Positions 1 to 13,263 of a stretch of DNA of 64,000 nt are shown here, in pieces; positions within the stretch are counted from its first letter, which is position 1; each line of letters opens with the position of its first letter. The notes beneath the pieces are model-generated. The model saw only the letters and a program-made list of their open reading frames with translations. It made no database searches and was not told the DNA's origin. Both the position numbers and the translations under genes were made by a program. Origin of the DNA: Centroscyllium fabricii (Eukaryota). The DNA lies in the NCBI GenBank assembly GCA_051313645.2, contig JBNRSN020000001.1, forward strand, positions 133,238,001-133,302,000, read 5' to 3'.

Positions 1-2789
1 GTGACTCACAGCTCACAAGTGAGCATCAGAAGATTGTGGAGACAGGGACAACAATGGAGAGTCCTCGTCGGAGGGCGCAGGACTCTGCCAGCTCGGCTCA
101 GCTGCATGTCGACCCTCTGCCTCTGGGTCCATCCATAAGATCAGCGGTGCTGGAACTCCAGGAACAGATGCAGGAGTCTGGCAGGTTTTGTCTCCAGGGT
201 CGATGCGAGTGTGGAGCGAATGGAGGAGTCCATTACGAACATAAGCAGAGCCTTTGTGGAGTCATTGGCGCATGATTGCATCACCATGGAAAGGATAGCA
301 ACCTCCATGGAGGTGATAAGTCACCAGAGAGCAGAAAACATGGTGAGTGTTCAGGATAGAATGACATCTCTGGAGGAGCGATGGTCATCTATTGAACAGA
401 GAAACCAGACTTTCATGGAAGTCCTTCTGAGTAGGACTGCCAGTGCAGATACGGGTCCCCATGGTCCCCCTGATGTGCAGCAAGGTGCTCTGAAGCCACT
501 TGCAAGCGCTGAGGGGGACCTGACCCACGAGAGGGAAGTTGGTGGCAGACCTCAAGGAAGTGGGGGCTCTTCTCCAAGCACTCACACTTCCATGCCACTG
601 CAGAGCCCTCGGTCAGAGCCCCACCAGAGTCCACACCCAACTGAGATCGGCGTCTCAACCCCTGCACAGCCGCAGGGGCAGCAGACTGTTAACAAGCCCT
701 CACAGGTTCGCAACCTCAGAGGACGCCTGCCAAAGGTGTCGAGATAGGAGCAGCAGGAAAGTGGGCAAGGGGCCTCCACATCTGCTGAAGCCACAGGGGA
801 AGCACCACGTAGGAGCACGCTTAAGAGAAAGGTGCTGCACAGATAGTCACAAGGGTAGTCACTTGGGTGAAATTTGATGTTTTATGTGAAAAAGCCATCA
901 GATTAATAATGTTAATAAAAAAAATCTGATGGCTACTGGTGTAGTTGTGGCTTTTGTCATTTCGCGAATGGAACTTTCACATTGAGGGCTTAGGATTACT
1001 TGCAATTGTCAGTATGGTGGTCAAATTGCGAGGAGTCAGCTGGTTCTTGGCCATTGTCGATGCTCAGGTAAGAAGATGCGAGGCAAAAGTCCTTGAGTGG
1101 CTAGGCTAGGCAAATCTGGCAAAGATGAGTGCGTTCCTTGCATCCCGGGCAGCTATGTTCTCGCGTACTGCTGCCACTGGTTGATGGGCCTCTGCAAGAT
1201 GTTCGTTTTTGCTTTCCTCCTCCTCCTCATCTGAAGAGGATATGTGAGGAGCCACTTGGTCCTCAGGAATCTGAAAGCCATGACGCTGTGCCATGTTGTG
1301 AAGTGCACAGCCAACCACGACGATTCTGGAGACCCTGGCTGCTGCATACTGCAGGGGTCCACCTGATCTATCCAGGCATCTGAAGCGCAACTTCAGCAAA
1401 CCGATGGTTTGCTCAATAATGGGTCTGGTGGAAATGTGGCTGAAGTTGTAGCACTCCTCAGCTTCGTTGGATGGCCTCCTCAACGGCCTCAGGGGATAGC
1501 CCTTGTCTCCAAGTAGCCATCTGTTAAGTTGGTCTGGCGGACTGAAGAGCAGAGGCACACGAGACTGGCGCAGTATGAAGGAGTCATGGCAACTGCCCGG
1601 GTACTTGGCGCAAACATGCAAAATTTCCTTCTTGTGGTTACACACCAGCTGCACATTGAGGGAGTGGAAGCCCTTGTGGTTGACAAAAATACCTCGATTG
1701 CGATGGGGTGCCATAAGGGCCACATGTATGCAGTCAACAACGCCCTGCACCCTTGGAAAGCCTGCCAGATCAGCTAATCCAACCGCCCGCGCCGTGACAC
1801 TTGCTTGATCCTTGGTGAAATGAATGTGATTGTGCGTGATGGCAAATGCGTTATGCATTTGTGTGCGGCCACCTGGGAGATGCCACTGATGTCTGCTGCT
1901 GATCCCTAGAAGGAGCCGGAGGCAAAAAAGTTGTGTGCGGTGGTGACTTTGGCGACCACCTGTAAGGGTTGTACACCTGGTCCTCTGGCCTGCAGTTATT
2001 GTTGCAGCATTGCGCAGATGTCACCCACAACTTCTCGCGAAAGTCAGAGCCGCCTTTGGCACTGCTGCTTAGACACGTTGAGGTAGCTGACCCTGCGTCT
2101 GTAGACCCTGTTTGGGGGGTATCTCCTGTGGCGATGGGCTTCCATGCACTAGCCCCTTCTGGCCTGTGCAGCTTCAGCTGGGTGAGCAGCAGCTTGGCGC
2201 TCCTGTTGGTGCTGCTGTTGTTCCTGGTTCTGCTGGTGCCGTGGCTGGTCTTTTTCCTCATCTAATGCCCAGAAGGGAAGGAAATAAATGGCTCCCATGC
2301 TTCTGGTACATGCCTCAGTTGAGGAAGCGCTGAGTGAAGGTGGCAAGAGGGGTTTCCCAGGAGGTCACACTGGAGATGGGTGTCACGCTCCAAACTTCCA
2401 CAGGTGTGGTTAAGCCTTCTAAAAGTTGCCCCAGACCTGAGATCACTAAGTCCTGCCACCTGCAAATGATGGCTGATCAAATCTCCTCTTTAATGTTTGA
2501 GCTGCAGCTGATGGTCAGCAATGCAGTTGTGCTCCCGCCAGGTTTCACCGTCATGTTTCAGAGACGGCGTGCTTCACGTGGGAAAAGGGTTAAAATCACA
2601 AAGGCCTTTCAAAATGGCATTATAGAGCCAATTTAGTGCTTATTAAGGGCCTTAACGGCCTCTTGGAGGCGAGACGGAGACGGGCCCACTAGACTCAAAT
2701 TATTTAAAATTGCTTGGAGGCGGGTTATGCAATTTTAACCTCCCACACGCCTCCAATCCCAACTCCATGGCCCAATGAAAATCCAGCCC
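1..2789. mobile_element. PIF/Harbinger transposon (left part outside window): Myb/SANT-partner 3' exon on +, transposase on -, convergent
   Basis: HARBI1-like ORF on -; ORF 211-747 homologous to partner ORFs at 43820-44230 and 50966-51538; terminus AAAATCCAGCCC ending at 2789. Confidence 0.85.
1106..2261 (-). pseudogene. Harbinger (HARBI1-like) DDE transposase, frameshifted
   Basis: [59 protein letters not shown] and LHNM motifs; N-terminal part lies in other frames. Confidence 0.9.
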
Positions 2790-3086
2790 AATGTTTGGGT
2801 GGAGTAAATAGGGCTTTTACTCGGTATCGGCTAAAAATACTTAACAATGACAAAAACATGTTGAACAGCATTTGTGACAAAAAGAAGACATTCCTAATTC
2901 CGAATTTATATATTTTAAACTTAGCTTAATTTTTTATAAATATAAAAATTAAATATGCATTTCCGAACCTTAGATCAATAATCTCATGCTGAGTACCATG
3001 TTGACAGCTTATTTTCTATTTCAATTACATTTACTAGTTATAATATAATTTTCTACCAGCTAATGTTTTATTTCCCTCATTCATAG

Positions 3087-3237
3087 ATATTCAATACTCC
3101 ACCAGACCCAAATGTTCCTCTTCCTCAACCTGAGCAGAGATCTGGATCTAGGCGAAGCAAGGCAACCTGCCTGTCCACAGGCCCAAGAAGACCCAGAGGC
3201 ATCTATAGCCCGACATTGTGTCTGGCAGATGCAGACA
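3087..3237 (+). CDS. ARHGAP42: ARHGAP42 coding exon (post-RhoGAP region, [50 protein letters not shown])
   Basis: Pyrimidine tract plus AG ending at 3086, GTAAGT donor at 3238. Translation resembles remembered vertebrate ARHGAP42 ([32 protein letters not shown]). Phase 1 end fits the next exon. Confidence 0.92.
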
Positions 3238-3496
3238 GTAAGTGCAACATACGGACACATTCTTAAAGATCGAAACTGAGCTGTATTATAAAACTGGCCC
3301 CATATGGATTCTGTTGCTGAAAACTGTAAACCACAGACTCAAAGCTATTCTGAATATCTACATTTGAAAGATGTGTTGGAAGAGGTTGCTGTTGGTATGG
3401 TAAGCAATAGATACCAGCTAATTTATAATTTTTCTCCACATCAACCGCCCCCCCCCCTTCAAGGTTATTTCCCTCCCATAATGCACCATTCTCCAA

Positions 3497-4367
3497 CAGG
3501 TTGAACACCATTAATCGGTTACCTGAAAAACCGGCAACTTCAAACGTCCGGCACAAATTGCCCCGACTGCCCTGCGCATGCACAAAATGGCTGCCGCGAT
3601 TGATGCTTCGGCGAGCGCATGCGCAGATCCTTCACAATGGCCGCCGCAAAGTTTTTAATGATCTGCGCATGCGCTGCCCAACAATCCCGGGCCGGGCCTT
3701 CCCGAGCCTCGCCTTGCCTTACCAAGCCGGGCCTCGCCTTACCGACCCTTCCCGAGCCAGGCCAGGGCTTCCCGAGCCGGGCCTCGCCTTCCCGAGCCGG
3801 GCCTCACCTTACCGAGCCTTCCCGAGCAGGGCTGGGCCGGGGCTTCCCAAGCTCACCTCGCCTTACCGAGCCGGGCCGGGCCGGGGCTTCCCAAGCCGGG
3901 CCCGGGCTTCGCCTTGCTGAGCCGGGCTGGGGCTTCCCGAGCCGGGCCAAGCCTTACCGAGCCTTCCCAAGCAGGGCCGGGCCGGGCTTCCCGAGCTCGC
4001 CTCGCCTTACCGAGCCGGGCCGGGGCTTCCCAAGCCGGGCCGGGGCTTACCGAGCCGGGCCTCGCCTCACCTTAACGAGCCGGGGCTTCCCGAGCCGGGC
4101 CTCGCCTCGCCTTAACAAGCCTTCCCGAGCCGGGACGGGCCATACCGAGCCGGACCGAGCCTCGTCTCGCCTTACTGGGCCTCCCCGAGCCGGGCCTTCC
4201 TGAACGATAAGCGCAAGCGCAGACCACTCAAAATGGCCACCGGCCATTCGCGGCAGCCATTTTGAATGGTCTGCGCATGCGCTCACCGAAGCTTCAACCG
4301 TTCAGGATTTTCACTTTCCCGGCATGGACCTGGTCCCGCCCGTGCCGGATTAACGGTGCTCAACCTG
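3497..4367. mobile_element. Tigger/pogo-like MITE with internal GC-rich minisatellite
   Basis: TIRs CAGGTTGAACACCATTAATCGG and CCGGATTAACGGTGCTCAACCTG; TA at right flank (left flank reads AA). Confidence 0.75.
3685..4200. repeat. Degenerate GC-rich minisatellite (CTTCCCGAGCCGGGCC / CTCGCCTTACCGAG units)
   Basis: Repeats directly visible; explains the repetitive ORFs 3501-4203. Confidence 0.9.
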
Positions 4368-4370
4368 TAT

Positions 4371-6524
4371 CAGTAATGGTAACCATGAAACTATTGGATT
4401 GTCGTAAAATCCCAGCTGGTTCACTGATGTCCTTTAGACAGGGCAATCTGCTGTCCTTTCCTGGTCTGGCCTATATGTGACTTCAGACCTGCAGCAATGT
4501 GGTTGACTCTTAACTGCCCTCCGAAATGGCCTAGCAAGCCACTCAGTTGTAACAAACTGCTATGAAAATAAGAATAAGAATAAAACCGGACAGACCACAT
4601 GGCATCAACCTCTGCATCTGATTTGGATATGACAGCGGCACACCCAAACCAGTCGACCCAGCAAAGTCTTCCTCACTAACATCTGGGGACTTGTGCCAAA
4701 ATTGGAAGAGCTGTCGCACAGACTAGTCAAGCAACAGGCTGACATAGTCATACTCACAGAATTATACCTTTCAGTCAATGTTCCAAACTCCTCTGTCACC
4801 ATCCCTGGATACACCCTTTCCCACCGGCAGGACAGACCCACCACAGGTTGCGGCAAAGTGATATACAGACGGGGGGGTGGGGGGGCGAGCCCTGGGAGTC
4901 CTCAACATTGACTGCGAACCCCATAAAGTCTGATTGGCTTCAGGTCCAGCATGGGCAAGGAAACCTGCTGATTACCACCTACTGCCCTCCCTCAGCCGAT
5001 GAATCCGTCATACTCCTCCATGTTGAACACCACTTGAAAGAAGCACCAAGGGTAGCAAGGGCACAGAATGTACTCTGACTGGAAACTTCAATGTCCATCG
5101 ACAAGAGTGGCTCAGAAGCACCAGTACTGATCGAGTCCTGAAGAACAAAGCTGCCAGACTGGATCTGCGGCAGGTGGTGAGAGAACCAACATGAGGGGAA
5201 AAACCTACTTGACCTTGTCCTCACCAATCTACCTGTTCCAAATGCTTGGTATGACAGCATTGGTAGCAGTGACCACCGCACAGTCCTTATGGAGACGAAG
5301 TCCCATCTTCACACAGAGGAAACCCTCTATCGTGTTGTGTGGCGCTACCACCATGCTAAATGGGATAGAGCCCCTCTGCCCTCCGGGAGACGCTACAGAG
5401 CAATTTGCACCCGCACGACTAGATTTCAGAACAGCTTCTTCCCCAGGGCTGTCAGCCTCCTGAACTCTAAAAAGAAACTCCGGTACCTGCACGCCTGATA
5501 ATGAACTTTACTGTATGCAATTTGCATGTAATTTATTTATTTTGTTTGCACTACTCTCGGGAGAGTCGAGTCTTCGTCTCGTTGTATTGTACTAGTACTC
5601 TGCAATGACAATAAAACTTGAATTGAATTGAATTGAATTGAAGATACAGTACAAATCTAGCAGCTCAAAATTGGGCATCCATGAAGCACTGTGGGCCTTC
5701 AGCAGTAGCAGAATTGTATTCCACCACAATCTGTAACTTTATGGCCTGGCATATCCCTCACACTACCACTACCATCAAGCCAGGTGACCAACCCTGCTTC
5801 AATGAGGAGTGTAGAAGAGCATGCCAGGAGCAGTGTACCTAAAAGTCAGGTGCCAACTGGGGAAGCTGCAACACAGGACTACATGCATGCTAAACAGCAG
5901 AAGCAGCGTGCTATAGACCGAGCTAAGCGATCCCACAATCAATTGATCAGATCAAAGCTCTGCAGTCCTGCCACATCTAGTCGTGAATGATGGTGGACAA
6001 TTAAGCAATGAACAGGAGGATGAGGCTCCATGAATATCCCCATCCTCAATGATGGCTGAGCCGAGCACATGAGTGCAAAAGACAAGGCCGAAGCATTTGG
6101 AACCATCTTCACTCAGAAGTGCCGAGTGAATGATCCATATCATCCTCCTCCTGAGGTCCCCACCATGACACAAGCCAGTCTTCAGCCAATTCGATTCACT
6201 CCACGTGATATCAAGAAATAGCTCAGCTTACTGGATACAGCAAAGGCTATGGTCTCCGACAACATCCCGGCTGCCGTGCTGAAGACTTGTGCTCCAGAAC
6301 TAGCTGTGCCTCTAGCCAAGCTGTTCCAGTACAGCTACAACACTGGCATCTACCCGACAATATGGAAAACTGCCCAGGTATCTCCTGTCCACAAAAAGCA
6401 GGACAAATCCAATTCGGCCAATTACCACCCCATCAGTTTACTCTCAATCAACAGAAAAGTGATGGAAGGTGTTGTCGACAGTGCTATCAAGTGGCACTTA
6501 CTCACGAATAACCTGTTCACAGAT
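4371..6524 (+). mobile_element. Decayed LINE (CR1-group, family A), 5' half: AP endonuclease and start of RT
   Basis: QQADIVILTE endonuclease motif, DNIPAAVLKTCAPELAVPLAKLF and NYHPISLLS RT motifs; many stops; continues at about 9801. Confidence 0.85.
5369..5642 (+). mobile_element. Rex1/Babar-like LINE 3' fragment with (TTGAA)n tail
   Basis: LPSGRRYRAICTRTTRFQNSFFPRAVSLLNS, AATAAA then TTGAA repeats; nearly identical copy at about 25325-25640. Confidence 0.8.
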
Positions 6525-7627
6525 TGACAAATGGAGAATATGTGAGTGGAATGGCAGTTAACATAAAAGGGAACCCAAAAATCTTCTACCGGCATGTAAA
6601 CAAGAGGTGGGGTGGGGCCTATTAGTGACAGAGAAAGTAATATATACTTAGAGGTGCAGGGCAAGGCTAGAATACTCAATGTGTAGTTTGTATCGGTGTT
6701 TACTAAGGAGGTGGATGCTGACAAAAAGGTAGTGGAAAAGGTAGAAGCAATGGAAGGAGTGAAAATTGATAGGTAGGATGTACGAGAAAGGCTGGTTATG
6801 CTTAGAGTGGATAAGTCGCCTGGTCCAGATGGCTTGCACCCTAGGTTGCTAAAGAAAAATTGGGGGAGGAGATAGCAGAAGGGTGTGCCATAATTTCCCA
6901 ATCTTCCCTAGATGCAGGGGAGGTGCCTGAGGATTGGAAAGTGGCAAAAGCGACACCATTGTTCAAGAAAGGGTATAAGGACAATCCTAGTAATTACAGG
7001 CTAGTCAGTTTAACATCAGTGGTGGGTAAAGTTTCAGGAACAATAATCAAGGAAAAAATTAACGGCCACTTGGAGTGGTTTAAGCTAATTAAGGAGAGCC
7101 AACACGGATTTGTAAAAGGCAGATCGTGTTTGACAATTGAATTTTTTGATGAAGTAACAGGGAGGATCGATGAAGGGAATGCAATGGATATTGTCTACAT
7201 GGATTTTCAGAAGGCATTTGACAACGTACCACATAGAAGGCTGGTTAACAAAATTGAGGCTCATGGAATAGGCGGGTCAGTGACAGCTTGGATAAGGAAT
7301 TGACTTAAGGAAAGAAAACAGCGAGTTGTGGTAAATGACTGCTGTTCAGATTGGAGGATGGTAGACAGTAGTGTTCCCCAAGGGTCAGTGCTGGGGCCAC
7401 TGCTTTTTTTGAGAGATATATATAACCTGGATATTGGAATACAGAGTAGAATTTCTAAATTTGCCGATGACACCAAACTTGGGGGTGGAACAAACAGTGA
7501 GAATGATACTAATCGACTGCAACAGGACATAGAAAGGCTAGCAGAATGGGCAGACAAGTGGCAGATGGAATTTAATACAGAGAAGTGTGAGGTGATGCAT
7601 TTTGACAGAAGGAACAGGGAGAGGCGA

Positions 7628-7856
7628 TGTAATGATATTGAGACTTCTGGTAGGAAGTCGGATGAACTCTGCTTATGAACTTCCAGTGACATCATTTCCT
7701 GTACATGTCACTTCCTGTGTAGTAGTATAAATTCTGCTGCTATTCAGTCTGAGATGATGCTTCCCTATGTAAATATGTTAAAACTCTCAACTCTGTAAAT
7801 AGCTGATTAAAGCTTTGCTTAAAGTATTTGATGTGTAAGTCGCTTTTGTCACATCA
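7628..7856 (+). mobile_element. Solo LTR
   Basis: TG...CA termini, 5-bp TSD GGCGA (7623-7627, 7857-7861), TATAAA and ATTAAA inside; CR1 resumes after it. Confidence 0.8.
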
Positions 7857-8008
7857 GGCGATATACACTTAATGGCACAGTTTTAAAGGGTGTGCAGGGA
7901 CAGAGGGACCTGGGAGTTAATGTGCATAGGTCTCTAAATGTGGCAGGACATATTGAGAGAGTGGTTAGCAAAGCATATGGGATCTTGGGCTTCATAAATA
8001 GAGGTATT

Positions 8009-8755
8009 GGCCCAGAAATTCGGGTCTCCACGGGTGAGTACACGCTTGGTACTCACCTGTAGGCCCAATGAAAGTGCCGGTTTCATGCTTGCACTGCGCA
8101 TGCGCGGAAAACCGGAACTTCCGTTCCCTTAAAGGAAGGGGTTCAGAGGTTGAACGCGTGTGCCAGAGAGACGGCGCGTGTGCCTGGAACTTACGTTTTT
8201 TTTGCAGGTTTCTCCAGGAGGGTAAGTCTCCAGGGAGTTACACTTTTAAAAAGCAGGCTTTTTACAAGATAAGTGGTGAATTAATTCAAATTAAAGCATT
8301 TTTTCCACAGGTTTATTATTTTTAAATACTTTAAAGAAAGATAAGTTTATTTTTAGCCCCATTAGAAAATGTAATTAATTTTTTCAAACATGTAAATAAT
8401 TGTTTAAAAGTTATTTCATGCAATTTATAGTTATTTAAAAAATGTGATTTAAAAAAAAAAATATTTGAAGTTTTAGTTATGTTTTGGGGCTTAGTATTTA
8501 TAGTTTTGACAGCTCTTCCTGTCAATTTTATGAATTGGCATTCCCTGCTACCATTGGCTCTCCATGGCCCACGTGATCCCAGGGGATGCTTCGAACTAAC
8601 TGCGTCCCTGGGATACGCAAGCACTGCACACGGCAGTTGGAGGAGGCCCAGGATCGGAATCCCACGCGGGCCCACAGCTCAACGGTCGGCGTGCAAGGTA
8701 AGTGCAGGTCGAAGGCTTGCACCCGCGGGTAGCCTCCGACCTGAATTTCTGGGCC
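8009..8755. mobile_element. PIF/Harbinger-type MITE
   Basis: TIR GGCCCAGAAATTC / GAATTTCTGGGCC, 3-bp TSD ATT; removing it restores CR1 NRGIEYKS. Confidence 0.88.
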
Positions 8756-9360
8756 ATTGAGTACAAAAGTAGAAAAGTTATGCTGAACCTTTTATAAAGC
8801 ACTGGTTAGGCCACAACTGGAGTATTGCATCCAGTTCTGGTTACCGCACTTTAGGAAGGATGTGAAGGCCCTTGAGAGGGTGCAGAGGAGATTTACCAGA
8901 ATGGTTCCAGGGATGGGGGAATCTTAGCTACAAGGACAGGCTGGAGAAGCTGGATTTGTTTTCATTAGAGCAAAGGAGGTTGAGGGGTGATTTGATAGAG
9001 GTGTACAAGATTGTGTCGGGTTTGGATAAGCTAGACGGAGAAAGGCTGTTCCCACTAGTTGATGGTACAAGGACGAGGGGACGCCGATTTAAGGTTTTGG
9101 GCAAGAGATACAGGGGGGATGTGAGGAAAAACTTTTTTAAGTAGCGAGTGGTGAAGACCTGGAACTCGCTGTCGACAGAAGAGGTGGAAGTGTAAAAACT
9201 CAATGTTTTCAAGGGGAGACTGGATAGGCACTTGAGGGAAATAAACCTGCAGGGCTACAGGGATAGTGCGGGGGAATGGGACTGACTGGATTGCTCTACA
9301 GAGAGCCGGCACGGAATCGATTGGCCGAATGGCCTCCTTCTGTGCTGTTATGACTCTAAG

Positions 9361-9798
9361 AATCATAGAATCATAGAAGATAGGAGCAGGAGTAGGCCAT
9401 TCAGCCCTTCGAGCCTGCTCCGCCATTCAATGAGATCATGGCTGATCTTTAGCAAGCTAGTACCCCGTCCCCGCCTTTTCTCCGTAACCTTTAATCCCTT
9501 TAGCTTGAAGAAATATATCCAATTCCCTCTTGAATATGTTTAATGAACTGGCCTCCACCGCCCTCTGTGGCAAGGAATTCCACAGGCCCACCACTCTCTG
9601 AGTGAAGAAATTCTTCCTCATGTCTGTCCTAAATGGTTTACCCCTTATTCTTAGACCGTGGCCCCTGGTTCTGGACTCCCCCGCCATTGGAAACATTCTC
9701 TCTGAATCTAACCTGTCCAGACCTTTCAGAATTTTATACGTCTCAATGAGATCGCCTCTCAATCTTCTAAACTCCAACGAGTACAAGCCCAGACTACA
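9361..9798 (-). mobile_element. CR1 LINE 3' fragment, tail-to-tail with the preceding CR1
   Basis: LGLYSLEFRRLRGDLIETYKI...FFTQRVVGLWNSLP on -; (TTCTATGA)n tail. Confidence 0.9.
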
Positions 9799-9800
9799 TA

Positions 9801-11252
9801 GTTCAATTTGGTTTCCACCAGGACCACTCGGTTCCACACCTCATTACAGCATTGGTCCAAACATGGACAAAAGAGCTGAATTCCAGATGTGAGGTGAGAG
9901 TGACTGCCCTTGACTTCAAGGCAGCATTTGACTGAGTGTAGCATCAAGGAGCCCTATTAAAATTGAAGTCAATAGGAATCATGAAGAAAACTCTCCACTG
10001 GCTGGAGTTGTACCTAGCGCAAAAGCAAATGGTTGTGGTTGTTGGAGGTCAATCATCCCCGCTCCAGGCCATCGCTGCAGGTATTCCTCAGGACAATGTC
10101 CTAGGCCCAACCATTTTCAGCTGCTTCATCAATGACCTTCCCCCCCATCATAAGGTCAGAAGTGGGGATATTTGCTGATGATTGCACAGGGTTCAGTTCC
10201 ACTCGCAGCTCCTCAGATAATGAAGCAGTCCATGCCTGCATGCAGCAACACCTGGACAACATTCGGGCTTGGACTAATAAATAACAGATAACATTCGCGC
10301 CACAAGAGTGGCAGGCAATGACCATCTCCAACAAGTAAGAGTCCAACCACCACCCCATGACATTCAACGGCATTACCATCGCCGAATCCCCCACCATCAA
10401 TATCCTCAAGGTCACCATTGACCAGAAACTTAACTGGACCAGCCACATAAATGCTGTGGCTACAAGAACAGATCAGAGGATGGGCATTCTGCAGTGAGTG
10501 TCTCACCTCTTGACTCCCCAAAGCCTTTCCACCATCTATAAGGCACAAGTCAGTAGTGTGTTGGAACACTATCCACTCGCTTGGATGGATGCAGCTCCAA
10601 CAACACTCAAGAAGCTCGACACCATCCAGGACAAAGCAGCCCGCTTGATTGCCACCGCATCCACCACACTAATCATTCGCTCCCTCACTGGCACACTGTG
10701 GCTGCCGTGTGTACCATCTACAAGATGCACTGCAGCAACTCACCAAGGCTTCTTCGGCAGCAAGTTCAAGTTTCAAGTTCAAGTTTACTTTATTTGTCAC
10801 ATACATCATTATACATCTACAAAGTGCAGTGAAATGCTTAATTGCAAGCTCCATGTCTGTGCTCTCCGGATAACAATAAATACAAATAATAATTTAACAA
10901 TTATAAGAAGAAAAGGCATTCAAGAAAAGGCAAGAAAAAGCACCTTCCAAACCTGCGGTCTCTACCGCCTAGAAGGACAAGGGCAGCAGGCGCACAGGAA
11001 CACCATTACTTGCAAGTTGCCCTCCAAGTTACACACCATCTTGGCCTGGAAATATATCGCCGTTCCTTTATTGTTGCTGTGTCAAAATCCTGGAGCTCCC
11101 GCCCTAACAGCACTGTGGGAGTACCTTAACCTCACGGACTGCAGTGGTTCAAGAAGGCAGCTCACCACCACCTTTTCAAGGGCAACTAGGGATGGGCAAT
11201 AAATGTTGGCATAGCCAGCAACGCCCACATCCAATGAACCAATTTATTTTTT
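9801..11252 (+). mobile_element. Family A LINE, 3' half (RT to 3' end), containing a short inverted LINE tail at about 10762-10935
   Basis: Sequence continues from 6524 (QFGF region), GIPQDNVLGP, FADD; 3' UTR shared with 11385-11772 and 30035-30912. Confidence 0.85.
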
Positions 11253-11384
11253 TAATTGGCTTTTGGCTTCGAATATTTATAGCATGTCAACAATCAATTT
11301 AAAAAGCTTGAATGATATAAAGACACATTTATGATGCCTGATCACTTCCTCTGAAATTGCTCAAAGCACTTTCTTTAAATTTGT

Positions 11385-11772
11385 TTTTATGAATGTAGGC
11401 ATCGCTGGCAACGCCAGCATTTATTGCCCATCCCTAGTTGCCCTCGAGAAGGTGATGGTGAACCGTCTTCTTGAACCGTTGCAGTCCGTGTGGTGAAGGT
11501 ACTCCCACGGTGCTGTTAGGTAGAGAGTTCCATGATTTTGACCCAGCGACGATGAAGGATCGGTGATATATTTATAAGTCAGGATGGTGTGTGACTTGGA
11601 GGGGAACTTGGAGGTGGTGGTGTTCCCACGCACCTGCTGCCCTTGTTCTTTTAGGTGGAAGAGGTCGCAAGTTTGGGAGATGCTGCTGAAGAAGTCTTGG
11701 CAAGTTGCTGCAGTGCATCTCGAAGATGGGACACACTGCAGCTACGGTATGCCGGTGGTGGAGGGAGTGAAT
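11385..11772 (-). mobile_element. Family A LINE 3' fragment
   Basis: Reverse complement of 10700-11240 (same ...FSRATRDGQ frame). Confidence 0.85.
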
Positions 11773-11873
11773 GTTTCATACATAATGAATTACTTTAAAT
11801 GCAGTGACGTTTTATTGGGCAAATATAACAGCCATTTTGCACACAGCAAGGACATGAAAACCGCAAGCAGTTA

Positions 11874-13181
11874 GGCTGTGATTTTGCTGGGCGGGTTTGG
11901 AGTGGGGTCAGCTGTTAAATTCGAAATGATTGACAGCAGGTTGGGAACCTCCCGCGAACCCACCTCCATGTAAGTTTCCAAGGTGTTGGGACTGCGATTT
12001 CAGAACAGACCTGACACCAAGTGGCGGGTGAGGCATTTAAGATTGTTAACTGCTTGTTAACTGCTATTTTGCCAGTCTTTTTCTATTTTCTCACATTTTT
12101 AACGGGGTTCCCGTCGCTCGGTGATCATGTCAGGTAAGTATTGCTGTGAATAGGTGATAGCTGCAAAAGTGGTATGAAAGCTGGCTGCCACATGATGCAC
12201 CAGATTATCACCACCACACCAGCACCATAAAGCATTCCTACAATGACCAAGCCGTTCCTTTCACACTCATCACCATTGTGGGGGATACCGTTATGTCTCA
12301 CCATTCACTGTAACTCACTAAGACACGTCCAAAGGTGAGCACAGATCTGTACAATAAGGCAAAGTGTTGAAAATAAAGATTTCAATGTTTGACAACACAT
12401 TAACAGAAAATTTACATGAACATTGCACAAGACTCCCAAGTGCCTACCCTTGTGTGGTGTTAATTGGAATGATTGGACTAGGATGAGTGTGAGGGGTGGC
12501 TCGTGAGATGGGGAAGTGATCATGTAGATAACGAGGAATGGGTGGAGGTGCAAGGCAAGTTGGTGTGAGTAAGGATATGTAGGAGTAGGGTATGGAAGGC
12601 AGAGTTATGGGGATGTGATGAGTGGCACAGCAGGGTGAGGTTGAGTGTGGCTTTGCAGAAACATTTCGTGATCTACTGAGATCATTGAAAGGTTGCACCA
12701 CTGCAGAAAGATCCTCCTGATGACATCCCTGCTTTTGCCCTCCTGTGCAATGTGCAACCAGGCTGCGTTGGTATCCTGGGGAGGTTTCTTCTGCCCCTGG
12801 AAGGGAAGAGAACCTCCCAGCATGCTGTGACTCCCTCCATCAGCATATGGAGGGAGTCATGCGAGAGCCTGGGTGCAGCCGTGCACCTTTGTGCAGTGTT
12901 TGTCAGTGTTCTGCAGCACCTCCATGCTGCAGAACACTGACAGCACAACTTTCAAAATGAATGTGGACCTGGCCTCTTTAAGGAAGCTGGCTGATGACGC
13001 GTCTTCAAATGATGTCATCAGACCCGCTTCCTTTTAATTGCCGGGAAGCCTGCAGGGCGGGTTTAACAAAGCCAATCAAAGGAAAATCGTTTTGACAGAG
13101 CAGCTGCAGCCGGGAGCGGGACCGGAACCTGGCACCCAGCTATCCCGCCAAGAACCCACCTCCGCTGGGAAAATCCAGTCC
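11874..13181 (-). mobile_element. Non-autonomous Harbinger derivative with decayed Myb/SANT exon
   Basis: Termini GGCTGTGATTTT / AAAATCCAGTCC; EVLFPSRGRR...AAWLHIAQE homologous to 53153-53404. Confidence 0.7.
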
Positions 13182-13263
13182 TTGATCTGTCTCAATGGTA
13201 TTGATATAAGGGAGGAATGTTAGTCAGGACCCAGGGACTACTGCCTGTTCTTTGAGTAGTACC

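Larger units (their letters stand above)
6525..9360 (+). mobile_element. CR1 LINE (family B), 5'-truncated and decayed, nested in family A LINE
   Basis: KSPGPDG, NYRLVSLTSVVGK, DFQKAFD, VPQGSVLGP, FADDTKL motifs; CR1 3' UTR ending ATGACTCT; split by a solo LTR and a MITE. Confidence 0.9.

Noticed and set aside
1106-1858. Domesticated HARBI1 host gene
   Set aside because: Multiple decayed paralogues with TIRs and partner genes in the window; N-terminus frameshifted and the TWLMT segment deleted.
3501-4286. Repetitive Pro/Arg/Gly ORFs
   Set aside because: GC-rich minisatellite lacking stop codons.
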